From: Thermoanaerobaculia bacterium
Lineage (GTDB): Bacteria > Acidobacteriota > Thermoanaerobaculia > UBA5066
NCBI GenBank assembly: GCA_038245905.1
Contig: JBBRRY010000014.1
Location: 20,614 to 84,613 of the forward strand
Reading direction: 5' to 3'
Length of the DNA stretch: 64,000 nucleotides
A program made the translations under genes and the position numbers. Positions within the stretch are counted from its first letter, which is position 1. Each line of letters opens with the position of its first letter. Under the pieces are notes generated by a model. The model ran no database searches, was not told the origin of the DNA, and saw nothing but the letters and a program-made list of their open reading frames with translations. Shown here in pieces: positions 23,530 through 35,542 of the stretch.

Positions 23530-24148
23530 GTTTCACCTCCGCCTTCGCGGCCGCGTCGCACGCGGCGAAGACGCCTCCGTACGTCCCGCACCGGCAGAGG
23601 TTGCCGGCCACTGCCTCCTTCACATCGTGCGCGGTCGGGTGGGCGTTCTTCGCGAGGAGCCCGGTGCAGGAGACGACCATCCCGGGTGTGCAGAAGCCGC
23701 ACTGGAGCGCGTCCGCGTCGACGAAGGCTCTCTGAATCGGGGACATGGCGTCGGGGGAGCCGAGACCTTCGATCGTCGTGACCTTCCGCCCGTCCGCGTC
23801 GTGGACCAGCGTGAGACAGGAGTTCACGGCGAGGCCGTCGAGAAGGACCGTGCAGGCGCCGCAGGCGCCGCGGTCGCATCCGATCTTCGTGCCCGTCATC
23901 CCCCACGAATCGCGCAGCGCCTCGGCCAGTGTCGTGCGAGGCTCGAACAGGCCCTTCTTCACGGCGCCGTTCAGCGTGATGCTGACGGGCAGCCCGCCGC
24001 CCGCGAAGGTTGCGGCCTTCGCGCGCTCTTCGGCGAGCACGGCGGCCCCCGCGGTGGCGGAGGCGACGGCGGTCGTCGCAAGGCCCTTGATGAGTCCGCG
24101 GCGGGTGAATCCGCCCGTGCCGTCCCGATGGTCTCTCTCGTCGGCCAT
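23522..24148 (-). CDS. 2Fe-2S subunit, PaoA/YagT type, with Tat signal
   Basis: FTRRGLIK twin-arginine, GCDRGACGACTV, QCGFCTPG, GNLCRCG; SD AGGAGG before ATG 24148. Confidence 0.94.
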   Translation of the reverse strand: MADERDHRDGTGGFTRRGLIKGLATTAVASATAGAAVLAEERAKAATFAGGGLPVSITLNGAVKKGLFEPRTTLAEALRDSWGMTGTKIGCDRGACGACTVLLDGLAVNSCLTLVHDADGRKVTTIEGLGSPDAMSPIQRAFVDADALQCGFCTPGMVVSCTGLLAKNAHPTAHDVKEAVAGNLCRCGTYGGVFAACDAAAKAEVKHG

Positions 24149-24207
24149 GACCCCTCCTGAAGCAGTGGGGACTATACCGCCGTCCCGCGGAGAATCCGTC
24201 GCGTCCG

Positions 24208-24237
24208 TTGACGGCAAGTGCCTGAAAAGCCTATCCT
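24208..24237 (+). promoter_or_regulatory. Putative sigma70 promoter for pilT-recX-alaS
   Basis: TTGACG (24208-13), 18 nt spacer, TATCCT (24232-37). Confidence 0.4.
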
Positions 24238-24270
24238 TGCCGCTATTCCGGAGTGATCGGGAGGGCCTCG

Positions 24271-25449
24271 ATGCACATCAACGACCTGCTCAAGATCTCG
24301 GTCGAGCGGAAGGCGTCCGACCTCCACCTGAAGGTGGGTGCGCACCCGATCATTCGGGTGGATGGCGAGCTGATTCCTCTCGTGGACCTCAAGCGCCTCA
24401 TGCAGGAAGACACGATCGCGATGGCGTTCTCGATCATGTCTTCCCGGCAGAAGGAAAAGTTCAAGAACAACTTCGAGATCGACATCGCATACTCGGTGCC
24501 GGGCCTCGGGCGATTTCGCTGCAACATCTTCCAGCAGCGAGGCACGGTCGGAATGGTCTGCCGCGTAATCCCGGCCCGCATCCTCACGATCCGCGACCTC
24601 CTGCTCCCGCCCATCCTGGAGCGGATCTGCGAGGAGACGCGCGGCCTCATCCTCGTGACAGGCACGACGGGCTCGGGCAAGTCCACGTCGCTCGCGGCCA
24701 TGATCGACCAGATCAACTCCTCGCGAGCCGAGCACATCATGACGATCGAGGACCCGGTCGAATTTCTCCATCGGGACAAGAAATCGATCATCAACCAGCG
24801 CGAGCTCGAGGTCGACACGCGCTCGTTCGCGTCGGCCATCCGGGCGGCCCTCCGGCAGGATCCCGACGTCATTCTCGTGGGCGAGATGCGCGACTTCGAG
24901 ACCGTGGAGACAGCGCTCGTGGCGGCCGAGACCGGCCACCTCGTCATGTCGACCCTCCATACGATGGACGCGACGGAGACGGTCAACCGCATCATCTCGG
25001 TCTTTCCGCCGCACCAGCAGAAGCAGATCCGTCTGCAGCTTGCGGCCGTCATCAAGGCCGTCTGCTCGATGCGGCTTCTCCCGCGCGCGGACGGTCTCGG
25101 GCGCGTGCCGGCCGTCGAGGTCCTGATCGCGACGAACTACATCCGCGATTGCATCGAGAACAAGGAAAAGACGAAGTACATCCACGACGCCATCAAGGCC
25201 GGCACCTCGCAGTACGGGATGCAGACGTTCGACCAGTCGCTTTTCCAGCTCTACAAGACAGGTCTCATCACGCTGGAAGAGGCGGTCCGCCGCTCGAGCA
25301 ACCCGAACGAGTTCAAGCTCAAGATCCAGGGCATCCAGTCCACGTCGGACATGGCGAACGAGCAGATGGAGGCATCTCTCGAGTCGCCGGACGCCATGAA
25401 TCCGCAGGACACGGCGTCGCCCTTCGACTTCTCGAACCAGCCCGGCTGA
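24271..25449 (+). CDS. pilT: Type IV pilus retraction ATPase PilT family
   Basis: ASDLHL, GTTGSGKST, TIEDPVE, ALRQDPDVILVGEMRD, GHLVMSTLHT, GMQTFDQ. Confidence 0.95.
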   Translation: MHINDLLKISVERKASDLHLKVGAHPIIRVDGELIPLVDLKRLMQEDTIAMAFSIMSSRQKEKFKNNFEIDIAYSVPGLGRFRCNIFQQRGTVGMVCRVIPARILTIRDLLLPPILERICEETRGLILVTGTTGSGKSTSLAAMIDQINSSRAEHIMTIEDPVEFLHRDKKSIINQRELEVDTRSFASAIRAALRQDPDVILVGEMRDFETVETALVAAETGHLVMSTLHTMDATETVNRIISVFPPHQQKQIRLQLAAVIKAVCSMRLLPRADGLGRVPAVEVLIATNYIRDCIENKEKTKYIHDAIKAGTSQYGMQTFDQSLFQLYKTGLITLEEAVRRSSNPNEFKLKIQGIQSTSDMANEQMEASLESPDAMNPQDTASPFDFSNQPG

Positions 25450-25455
25450 CCCGAA

Positions 25456-25906
25456 TTGGACGCCTCGAGCGCCGCGCTGGCCGCCCTGGCCCGGCGCGCG
25501 CACACACGACGCGAGCTCGAGCAGAAGCTCGGTCGCAAGGGTTTCGACCGCGCGGAGATCAGGATTCTGCTCGACGACTTCGAAGAGCATGGCCTGCTGA
25601 ACGACGCGAAGACGGCCACCGCACTCGCGGCGTGGCGCCTCCGGACCGGGCGGGGGCGCAGCCGCATCGCGTCCGAGCTGGCGGGGAAGGGCGTTTCCCG
25701 AGCGGACGTGGACGCGGCGCTCGCGTCTCTCGACCCTCGAGACGAGGCGGAGGCCCTGCGGGCGGCCCTCGAGAGGCGCGGACGCGCCCTCCCGGCCGGA
25801 TTGACGCGGCAGGCCCGGTCGAAGAAACTGTTCGACCACCTCGTGAGGCGCGGGTTCGCCCCCGCCGCCATCCTCGAGGCGCTGCACAGGAAAGGCGATT
25901 CCACGG

Positions 25907-25920
<14 letters not shown>
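25456..25920 (+). CDS. recX: Regulatory protein RecX (TTG start)
   Basis: LARRAHT..EL..KL..KGF, GLLND, GR.RI..EL..KGV, LVRRGF; directly upstream of alaS. Confidence 0.85.
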
Positions 25921-28648
<2,728 letters not shown>

Positions 28649-28683
28649 GCCCCTGTATCCCTCTGGTTTATAATATTAGGGCG

Positions 28684-29427
28684 ATGCCGTCTCTCAGGAT
28701 TGGTCTGGCGCGGGTGTCGGTTGCGGCTTTGCTCGCGGCGTCGAATGGGCTCCACGCGGACGTCCATCTCGTGCGGCAGGCGAACGGTTCGGCGCTGATC
28801 TTCAACGACAGCGTTGGCAGCGGCTGGCGCGTGAACGGCGGCGTCCCCTCGGACAGCTACCTCGTCTCGCGCCGGAGCACGCCGACCCCTTACGATACGG
28901 CGATCGAGAGCGAGGCCCGGGCGGCGGGCGTCGATGCGGCTCTCGTCAAGAGCGTCATGCTCGTGGAGTCCAACTACAACCCGCGCGCGGTTTCCCGAAA
29001 GGGCGCCCGCGGCCTCATGCAGCTCATGCCGGAGACCGCCCGTCGCTTCGGGGTGTCGGACCGCCACGACGCGGGTCAGAGCATCCGGGCCGGCGTCCAT
29101 TATCTGGCAACCCTCCTCGAACAATTCAAAGGCGATGTCTCGCTTGCGCTCGCGGGATACAACGCCGGCGAGGGCGCCGTTGCGCGGCACGCGGGCGTTC
29201 CGCCCTATCGCGAGACGCGCGAATACATCCGGCGGGTCCTCGTGGCGCGTCATGGCGAGGGAGCCGCGTCTCCCGCAATCGGGGGCGGATTCCGCGGGAC
29301 GAAGACCGGCCCTGTCCTGCGCACGTCCTCGGTGCGCGTCTCGAACCAGAACGGAACCCGCGTGTTCTCGAATACGGCCGTGGAATTCGCGGAGCGACAG
29401 GCGCCGGCTCTCGGGCGCGTGCGCTGA
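28684..29427 (+). CDS. Secreted SLT-family lytic transglycosylase
   Basis: Signal peptide, VESNYNPRAVSRKGARGLMQLMP, LAGYNAGEG, ETREY. Confidence 0.93.
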   Translation: MPSLRIGLARVSVAALLAASNGLHADVHLVRQANGSALIFNDSVGSGWRVNGGVPSDSYLVSRRSTPTPYDTAIESEARAAGVDAALVKSVMLVESNYNPRAVSRKGARGLMQLMPETARRFGVSDRHDAGQSIRAGVHYLATLLEQFKGDVSLALAGYNAGEGAVARHAGVPPYRETREYIRRVLVARHGEGAASPAIGGGFRGTKTGPVLRTSSVRVSNQNGTRVFSNTAVEFAERQAPALGRVR

Positions 29428-29442
29428 GGCGGCGGAGGCGGG

Positions 29443-30723
29443 ATGACGTCTTCGCGGGGATCCGAGACGACGAGGGCCTTTCGGCCCGCCCCCTTCTTCG
29501 ATCACGGGCTCTTCCTCCTCCATCTGAACCGCGGAAAGGAAGAGATGGCGCGTGGGTATCACGAAACGGCTCGGCGCGAGTTCGAGGAAGCGCGGCGGCT
29601 CCGGCCGCGCGACCCGGAAGTACTTCTGAATCTCTCGATTACGCTCTTTCATCTCGGACAGTTCGACGAGGCCGAGACGATGACGCGTGATCTCCTCGCC
29701 GAGCACGCGGAGTCGGTGCCGCTCCTGTTCAACCTCGGCCTCATCCTCTTCAAGTCGGGCCGGGACCGCGAGGCGCGCGAGCCTCTCGAGAAGGTGCTCG
29801 GATTCGCGCCGGCCCATCGGAAGGCCCATCTCACCCTCGGGCTCCTCGCGCAGCGGCGGGGCGCGTGGGACGAGGCCCAACGGCATTTCCGGATGGCGGG
29901 AGCCGAATTGAAAGACGGCTCTGAGGGCGACGACTCGGTCGCCCGGACGGCGCGCGCGGCGGCCGCGGAGGTGCGCATCGCGACCGCTACTCGGACGTCC
30001 GTGAACGACACACGGCCGAGTCCCGCCGTGGTCGTAAAGCCCGAGCCCCTGGACTCACTTACGGCGAGCGGAAAGCTCAAGCTTTCCTCGGGTGCGAGAC
30101 CGCGACCGTCCGCGGCCGTTCTCGCGGGAATGGACAGCGCGGCCCACGCCGTGGCCCGGCCTCTCGGGCCTTTTTCTCCCAAGCCCGGCGGGTTTCTCTC
30201 CGTGATGTGCGGCGGCGGCGTGCGCGTGCGGCGCGGCATCGTCGTCGGGCGTTCCGGGGCGCCGATCCTCGATGTCGCACCCTCTCAGACACCCGACGGG
30301 CTCGACCGGATTCTCATTGGAGCGTCGGGGGACGGCGTTCTCCTCCTTGCGGATCCCGGCCGCGTGCCGTGGCTCAAGGCGCTCATGGGCGAGGCCCTCT
30401 CCGTGCATCCCGAGCGCCTCCTCGCCTTCGAAAGCTCCCTCGCGTGCCGCGCGGACGTGACACCGGACGCGGGCAGCCGGACGGCGCCGCCCTTCCTGAA
30501 GCTGGCGGGCAGCGGAGCCGTGGCGCTCGCCGTTTCGACCGAACCGGCCCGCTTCGAGGTTGAACGGGGGCAACCCCTCGCGATCGCCGCGCGCGCGGTC
30601 GTCGCGTACGGGGGCGAGGTCGTGCCGGAGCTTCTCGAGGACTCGGATCCGCTCTCCCGTCTCGGAGCGGGCGCATCGATGCGCTTCACCGGGACCGGGT
30701 TCGTTCTCGCGGACGCGCGCTGA
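29443..30723 (+). CDS. TPR protein with C-terminal AIM24-like domain
   Basis: N-terminal TPR helices (FNLGLILFKSGR..EA), low-complexity linker, C-terminal G.G.L/LLAFE/G.G.V/FTGTG pattern. Confidence 0.7.
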   Translation: MTSSRGSETTRAFRPAPFFDHGLFLLHLNRGKEEMARGYHETARREFEEARRLRPRDPEVLLNLSITLFHLGQFDEAETMTRDLLAEHAESVPLLFNLGLILFKSGRDREAREPLEKVLGFAPAHRKAHLTLGLLAQRRGAWDEAQRHFRMAGAELKDGSEGDDSVARTARAAAAEVRIATATRTSVNDTRPSPAVVVKPEPLDSLTASGKLKLSSGARPRPSAAVLAGMDSAAHAVARPLGPFSPKPGGFLSVMCGGGVRVRRGIVVGRSGAPILDVAPSQTPDGLDRILIGASGDGVLLLADPGRVPWLKALMGEALSVHPERLLAFESSLACRADVTPDAGSRTAPPFLKLAGSGAVALAVSTEPARFEVERGQPLAIAARAVVAYGGEVVPELLEDSDPLSRLGAGASMRFTGTGFVLADAR

Positions 30724-30727
30724 ACCT

Positions 30728-31726
30728 CTAGGGTCCGCTTTTCCAGGGATCCGAGAAGAGGGGATTCTCGAGAAACGACGTGTCCGTGAGGCTCTCGAGG
30801 AACGACACGAGATCGCTCTTTTCACCCGGCGTGATCGCGAAGCCTCGGACGAGAGGGCTGCGAGTCGGGGAGGGAAGTCCCCCCGAGGCGTAGTGGTCGA
30901 TCACGGACTCGAGTGTGCCGAATCGGCCGTCGTGCATGTACGGCGCCGTGACGGCGACGTTTCGAAGCGTCGGCGTGCGGAAGTGTTCGCCGAGGCCGTT
31001 GTCCTCGAAGGCGGGAACCGGCGGCGGCCCTCCCTCCCAGACGACCGGACCTCCGAAGGTGAAGCCCCCGTGACACGTCGAGCACCCAAGATCCTTCGAG
31101 AAGAAGAGAGCCATGCCCCGGCGCGCGGGGGGAGAAAGGGCGTCACGCTGGTCATTCCACAGGAGGCGATCGTAGGGGGACCGGCCCGAGATGATGGTCC
31201 TCTCGAACGACGCAATCGCTCTTTGAACGTTCCCGAGACTCACGGGCGCCTTTTCGTGGGGAAAGGCTTCGGAGAAGAGCTTCGAGTACAGAGGATCGGC
31301 GCCGAGGCGCCCGGTGACCTCCGTTTCGCGGCCTCCTAGGTTCATCTCCCTGGGTGTTTTCCCGAGAAGCGGGACCAGCATCTGCTCCTCGAGCCTCCGC
31401 TGGCCCGCGTCGATCCAGGTCAGCGACGCTCCGTACGCCACGTTTGCGAGGCTCATCGCGCTCCTCGGGTGGGCCTCGCCGGTGGAACCGAGAGAGCGCG
31501 CGCGGCCGTCCGTGAAGGCGCGCTTCTGCTGGTGGCACGAAGCGCACGCCTGAGTCCCGTTCCCGGAAAGCCTCACGTCGTAGAAGAGCCGGCGTCCGAG
31601 AGCGACCTTCTCCGCGGTGATGGGATTGTCTTCAGGAACGCGCGGCGGGGGAAATCCCGGTGGGAGCCGCCAGGAGTATCCCGCCGCCGCGAGAAGGAGG
31701 ACCGTTGCGAAGGGGAAGGCCGTGAC
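30728..31726 (-). CDS. MbnH/MauG-like di-heme cytochrome c peroxidase; no canonical start for the N-terminal part
   Basis: In-frame signal-like VTAFPFATVLLLAAAG, W.LPPGFP.P.VPEDNP.T.EKV.LGRRLFYD.RLS, CASCH, CSTCH, PTLRNVAVTAPYMHDG; the ORF track starts too late (31576). Confidence 0.8.
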   Translation of the reverse strand, partial: VTAFPFATVLLLAAAGYSWRLPPGFPPPRVPEDNPITAEKVALGRRLFYDVRLSGNGTQACASCHQQKRAFTDGRARSLGSTGEAHPRSAMSLANVAYGASLTWIDAGQRRLEEQMLVPLLGKTPREMNLGGRETEVTGRLGADPLYSKLFSEAFPHEKAPVSLGNVQRAIASFERTIISGRSPYDRLLWNDQRDALSPPARRGMALFFSKDLGCSTCHGGFTFGGPVVWEGGPPPVPAFEDNGLGEHFRTPTLRNVAVTAPYMHDGRFGTLESVIDHYASGGLPSPTRSPLVRGFAITPGEKSDLVSFLESLTDTSFLENPLFSDPWKSGP

Positions 31727-31727
31727 G

Positions 31728-32408
31728 CTACCAGCGCGCGGGAGCGTTCGGGTCCGTGAGCGACGAGGTCTGCGAGGCGAGCTGCTTCCGTTCGGCTACC
31801 CACTTCCCGAAATCCTGCAGCGCCGCCGGATCGACGCCGGCGGGATCGGCCTGCCTCTTTTCGACGTAGTTCTGCATCGCGGCGGCGAGCTCGTCGGCGC
31901 GCTTGCGGTCCGCGCTGAAGAGGGTCATGTACGCGGACTTCGCCTCGTCGAGCTTGTTGAGACCGAGATAGGCCTCGGCGCGATATTCGATCGCGGGCGT
32001 GTAGGTCTTCTCGAGCGCGAGCGCCTTGTCGTAGGCCTCGAGCGCCACCGGGAAGTTGCCGGTCTTCCGGTACCCGTATCCGAGGCTGCCCCATGCCTGG
32101 AACATCTGCGCGTTCCTCGCGACCGCCTTGAGGAATTTTTTGATCGATGATTCGTGAGCGCTCTTGCTCTTCTCGAGCAGCTTCGCCTTCTTCGCCGCGT
32201 CGCTTTCGGCCGACGCTTCGGTTTCGTACTTGTCCGCCTTGTCGCGATAGGAGATTCCGTCGTTGTAGTACTCGACCGCTTCCTGCTCGGGGGACGGAGT
32301 CGGGGCCTGGACGCGCGGCATCGACGAACTGCCGGATGCGGCGGCGACCCCGGGGACGACGAGCGCTGTCAGGGAAAGGGCGAGGGCGATTGCCGGGGTC
32401 TTGCGCAT
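31728..32408 (-). CDS. Secreted TPR protein
   Basis: Signal peptide, TPRs (AWGSLGYGYRKTG..A..AYDKAL; AIEYRAEAYLGL). Confidence 0.85.
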   Translation of the reverse strand: MRKTPAIALALSLTALVVPGVAAASGSSSMPRVQAPTPSPEQEAVEYYNDGISYRDKADKYETEASAESDAAKKAKLLEKSKSAHESSIKKFLKAVARNAQMFQAWGSLGYGYRKTGNFPVALEAYDKALALEKTYTPAIEYRAEAYLGLNKLDEAKSAYMTLFSADRKRADELAAAMQNYVEKRQADPAGVDPAALQDFGKWVAERKQLASQTSSLTDPNAPARW

Positions 32409-32447
32409 GGGATCTCCTAGCGGCGGGAACGATACCGCGACCGAGTC

Positions 32448-33866
32448 TCAAATGGCGAGTTTGCCGATCTCCGCCTCCGTCTCGTCGAGAAGTGTGCGGA
32501 TCAGCTCCGGGTCTTCGTGCTCGGCGTAGATCCGGATGATGGGCTCGGTGCCCGAGAGGCGGTGCAGGAGCCAGCCGCGCGATCCGAAAACCAGCTTCAC
32601 GCCGTCCATGTCGTCGATGCCGGTGACGCGCTGGCCGCAGCGCGAGGCCGGGGGACCGGACCTCAGGCCGTCGAGAAACGCGCGGAGTACGGGCATCGGG
32701 AGATGGAGGTCCCGCCGGCCGTAGTGGAGAGCGCCGTAGTCGGCGTCCTGCCGGGCGACGATGGCCTCGAGCGAGCCGCCCGAGTGCGCGATGGCTTCGA
32801 GGACGAGGAGGGCTGAGAGGATGCCGTCGCGCTCGGGGAGATGGAACGCGACGCCGAGGCCGCCGGACTCCTCGCCGCCGATCGCGACCTCGCCGGAGAT
32901 CATCTTTTCCGCGATGTGCTTGAACCCGATCGGGGTGACGTGGAGCCTGACGCCGAGGCTCTGTGCGACGCGGTCGAGGAGCATCGACGTCGAGAACGTC
33001 TTCGCGATGCCTCCCCGGATCCGGCCGCGGCGCGTGAGACTCTCGGCGAGGAGCGCAAGCACGCGATGAGGGGTGACGAAGCGGCCGGAGGCGTCGAGGA
33101 CGCCGAGCCGGTCACCGTCGCCGTCGCTTGAGAGAACGACGTCGAATTGCCCGCCGGAGAGGGCCTCCCGCGCGGCGCCGAGATTCGCCGGAATGGGCTC
33201 GGGATGGACGCCCCCGAAGAGAGGATCGCGGGTGGCGCGCATGGAAACGACCGTCGTGGGATGGGACGTGCCCACGATCTCCTCGAGAAGCGTCCCCGCG
33301 GCTCCGTGGATCGCGTCGAAGAGCACCCGGATCCCCGCCTCGCGGATCGCATCGAGGTCGACGAGGGCCGCGAGCGCGCCCCGGTAAGGTGTTGCGAGGT
33401 CCAGTGTTTCGACCGAGCCGCCGGCGCGCTCGGGCAGCGGCCGCCCGGCCGCGCGCGCGATGGCGTCGTAGGTCGCGGGCATGGCGCTGCCGCCGAACGA
33501 CGACTTCACCTTGACGCCGTTCCAGGGTGCCGGATTGTGCGAGGCTGTGATGGCCAGCCCGGCTCTCAGCCCCCGCGTCGCCACGTGCCACGACGCGCAC
33601 GGCGTCGGGACGGCGCGGTCGGAGAGGAGGACCCGGAACCCGCGTGTCGCGAGAAAGTCCGCGCTGTCCCTTGCGAGCTCGGGGGACAGGAAGCGCGTGT
33701 CGAACACGAGAGGGAGCGTCCATGGGTCGCCCGGCTCCGTGTTCTCCTCGTCGATGGTCCAGGCGCCCACGGCGGTCACGACGTTTCGGACGCTGTCGAA
33801 GGTGAGCTCCCGGGCGATCCGGCCTCGCCAGCCGTCGGTTCCGAAGACGATGGAAGGCGCCGGCAT
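32448..33866 (-). CDS. Phosphoglucomutase/phosphomannomutase
   Basis: FGTDGWRG, TASHNP, DGDGDR, GEESGG, SGTEP. Confidence 0.95.
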   Translation of the reverse strand: MPAPSIVFGTDGWRGRIARELTFDSVRNVVTAVGAWTIDEENTEPGDPWTLPLVFDTRFLSPELARDSADFLATRGFRVLLSDRAVPTPCASWHVATRGLRAGLAITASHNPAPWNGVKVKSSFGGSAMPATYDAIARAAGRPLPERAGGSVETLDLATPYRGALAALVDLDAIREAGIRVLFDAIHGAAGTLLEEIVGTSHPTTVVSMRATRDPLFGGVHPEPIPANLGAAREALSGGQFDVVLSSDGDGDRLGVLDASGRFVTPHRVLALLAESLTRRGRIRGGIAKTFSTSMLLDRVAQSLGVRLHVTPIGFKHIAEKMISGEVAIGGEESGGLGVAFHLPERDGILSALLVLEAIAHSGGSLEAIVARQDADYGALHYGRRDLHLPMPVLRAFLDGLRSGPPASRCGQRVTGIDDMDGVKLVFGSRGWLLHRLSGTEPIIRIYAEHEDPELIRTLLDETEAEIGKLAI

Positions 33867-33956
33867 GTAAGGGTCGATTCTCGGGGAGCGCGCGCCGCCT
33901 GTCCAGCGCGGCCCGTGCTACGAACCCGTAGCGCGCGGGTCTAGAATCCGGTCCCT

Positions 33957-34550
33957 GTGTTCGTAAACGTCCCAAACGCGCTCACGCTGTTCCGCATTTT
34001 TCTCGTTCCGCTTCTCGTCGTCCTTCTTCTGACGAAGCTCCCGGCCCGTGAGTACATCGCGCTCGCCATCTTCCTCCTGGCCGCGCTGACCGACTGGCTG
34101 GACGGCTACTGGGCGCGCCGATTCAAGAAAGTCACGACGATGGGGACGCTCCTCGACCCCATCGCGGACAAGCTCCTCGTTTCGGCGGCGCTCATCTCCC
34201 TCGTCGACCTGCAGGAAGCGGATGCGTGGGCGGTCTGCATCATCATCGGGCGGGAGTTCGCGGTGTCGGGCCTGCGCTCGATCGCCTCGAGCCGCGGCAT
34301 CACGATTGCCGCTTCGAAGCTCGGCAAGTGGAAGATGGTGACGCAGGTCGTCGGGATCTCGCTCATGATCCTCGGCGGAAAGCTCGACGACATCGGACTC
34401 TGGCGCAAGACGGGCCGCGCGGCCCTCTACGTGATGACGGCGATGGCCCTGATCTCGGGCATCGACTACTTCCGCAGGTTCCTGAAGCCTCTCCTCGCGA
34501 AAGACCGCGAGGAGGAGGCCGCCCGGTCCGTGGGATCGGCGGGGGCTTAG
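33957..34550 (+). CDS. pgsA: CDP-diacylglycerol-glycerol-3-phosphate 3-phosphatidyltransferase
   Basis: PNALT..R, TDWLDGYWAR, GTLLDPIADK, GRE..VSGLR, GKWK. Confidence 0.95.
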   Translation: MFVNVPNALTLFRIFLVPLLVVLLLTKLPAREYIALAIFLLAALTDWLDGYWARRFKKVTTMGTLLDPIADKLLVSAALISLVDLQEADAWAVCIIIGREFAVSGLRSIASSRGITIAASKLGKWKMVTQVVGISLMILGGKLDDIGLWRKTGRAALYVMTAMALISGIDYFRRFLKPLLAKDREEEAARSVGSAGA

Positions 34551-35248
34551 CCGGCCGCGCGCCTCCGGAACACCGCCTTTTCAATCGGCCGGCCCGTCTT
34601 CTGGAACTTCAGCTCGTAGCTCGTACCGGTCGACCAGTCTCCCGCCTCTTCCGCGGAGAGCTTCTCGAAACCCGATTCGCTCGAGAGCACGCCGTCGATC
34701 ACCGAGAAGTACTCCTCGTGGTCGGACGCGACGCGCAGGAGGCCGCCGGGGACGAGGGCCCGCGCGGCCGCGGCGCCCCAGGCGGCGTCCACAAGGCGGC
34801 GCTTGTGGTGGCGCTTCTTCGGCCAGGGGTCCGGGAAGTAGACGTGCAGGGCCGCGAGGCAGCCGGGGGAGAGGCGTCGCTCGACGAACACCTTTCCGTC
34901 AATCCGCTCGACACGGAGGTTGAGAAGGCCCGCGCGCCCGGCCCTGAGGCGCACGATCTCGGCGTACTCGGGCTCGATCTCGACGCCGAACCAGTTTCGC
35001 TCCGGGTGCGCGGCCGCGGCGGCCAGCAGAAAACGCCCCTTGCCGACTCCGATTTCCATCTCGACGGGGGCGACGCGTCCGAACACCCCGAGGAAATCGA
35101 CGGGATCCGCATCCTCCGTCTCGCCCGGCAGGAAGATCTTCGGCGGAGGAATCCGCCCGAGATTGCGGGGAGCTTCGCCTCGCGGCCGGCGCGGCAGGGG
35201 CTCGGCTCCCGCGCGTCGGAGCGCCCGTCGGACGGACGGCCTAGACAA
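34547..35248 (-). CDS. trmB: tRNA (guanine-N7)-methyltransferase
   Basis: EIGVGKG, GVEI, YFPDPWPKKRHHKRR, ASDH, TSYE. Confidence 0.93.
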   Translation of the reverse strand: MSRPSVRRALRRAGAEPLPRRPRGEAPRNLGRIPPPKIFLPGETEDADPVDFLGVFGRVAPVEMEIGVGKGRFLLAAAAAHPERNWFGVEIEPEYAEIVRLRAGRAGLLNLRVERIDGKVFVERRLSPGCLAALHVYFPDPWPKKRHHKRRLVDAAWGAAAARALVPGGLLRVASDHEEYFSVIDGVLSSESGFEKLSAEEAGDWSTGTSYELKFQKTGRPIEKAVFRRRAAG

Positions 35249-35534
35249 GGATGGCCCTCGGGATCACGATGACGCGGATGCCCACGTCGCCCTCGACTCT
35301 CGCCTGACAGCCGAGGCGCACGTTCTCCCCGAGGTCGTATGCGATCTCGTTTGGCTGGATCGGCGAGAGGTTCTCGGGATTGACGACGCACGTCACGCGG
35401 CACGTCGAGCACGTGCCGCCCCCGCCGCACACGTGGCCGATCGCGATGCCGAGCTCCAGCGCCACGTCGAGCACCGTCCGGCCCGCGTCGACGTGGGCGC
35501 GCTTGCCCTCGTTCAGAAAGACGATCCTGGGCAA
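35241..35534 (-). CDS. 2Fe-2S ferredoxin (TTG start at 35534)
   Basis: HVCGGGGTCSTC...RLGCQ. Confidence 0.88.
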   Translation of the reverse strand: MPRIVFLNEGKRAHVDAGRTVLDVALELGIAIGHVCGGGGTCSTCRVTCVVNPENLSPIQPNEIAYDLGENVRLGCQARVEGDVGIRVIVIPRAILV

Positions 35535-35542
35535 TGGGTCCC

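Noticed and set aside
20938-23781. 947-aa plus-strand ORF and similar long ORFs (614-2167, 7758-9497, 24172-26061, 25559-27571, 36823-38823, 57015-59027)
   Set aside because: Each overlaps a well-supported gene on the opposite strand and has Arg/Gly/Ala-rich non-protein composition
31573-32451. 292-aa ORF as the missing N-terminus of the di-heme enzyme (frameshift)
   Set aside because: The conserved N-terminal motif is already in frame with 30728-31576; this ORF is an alternate frame of the TPR gene
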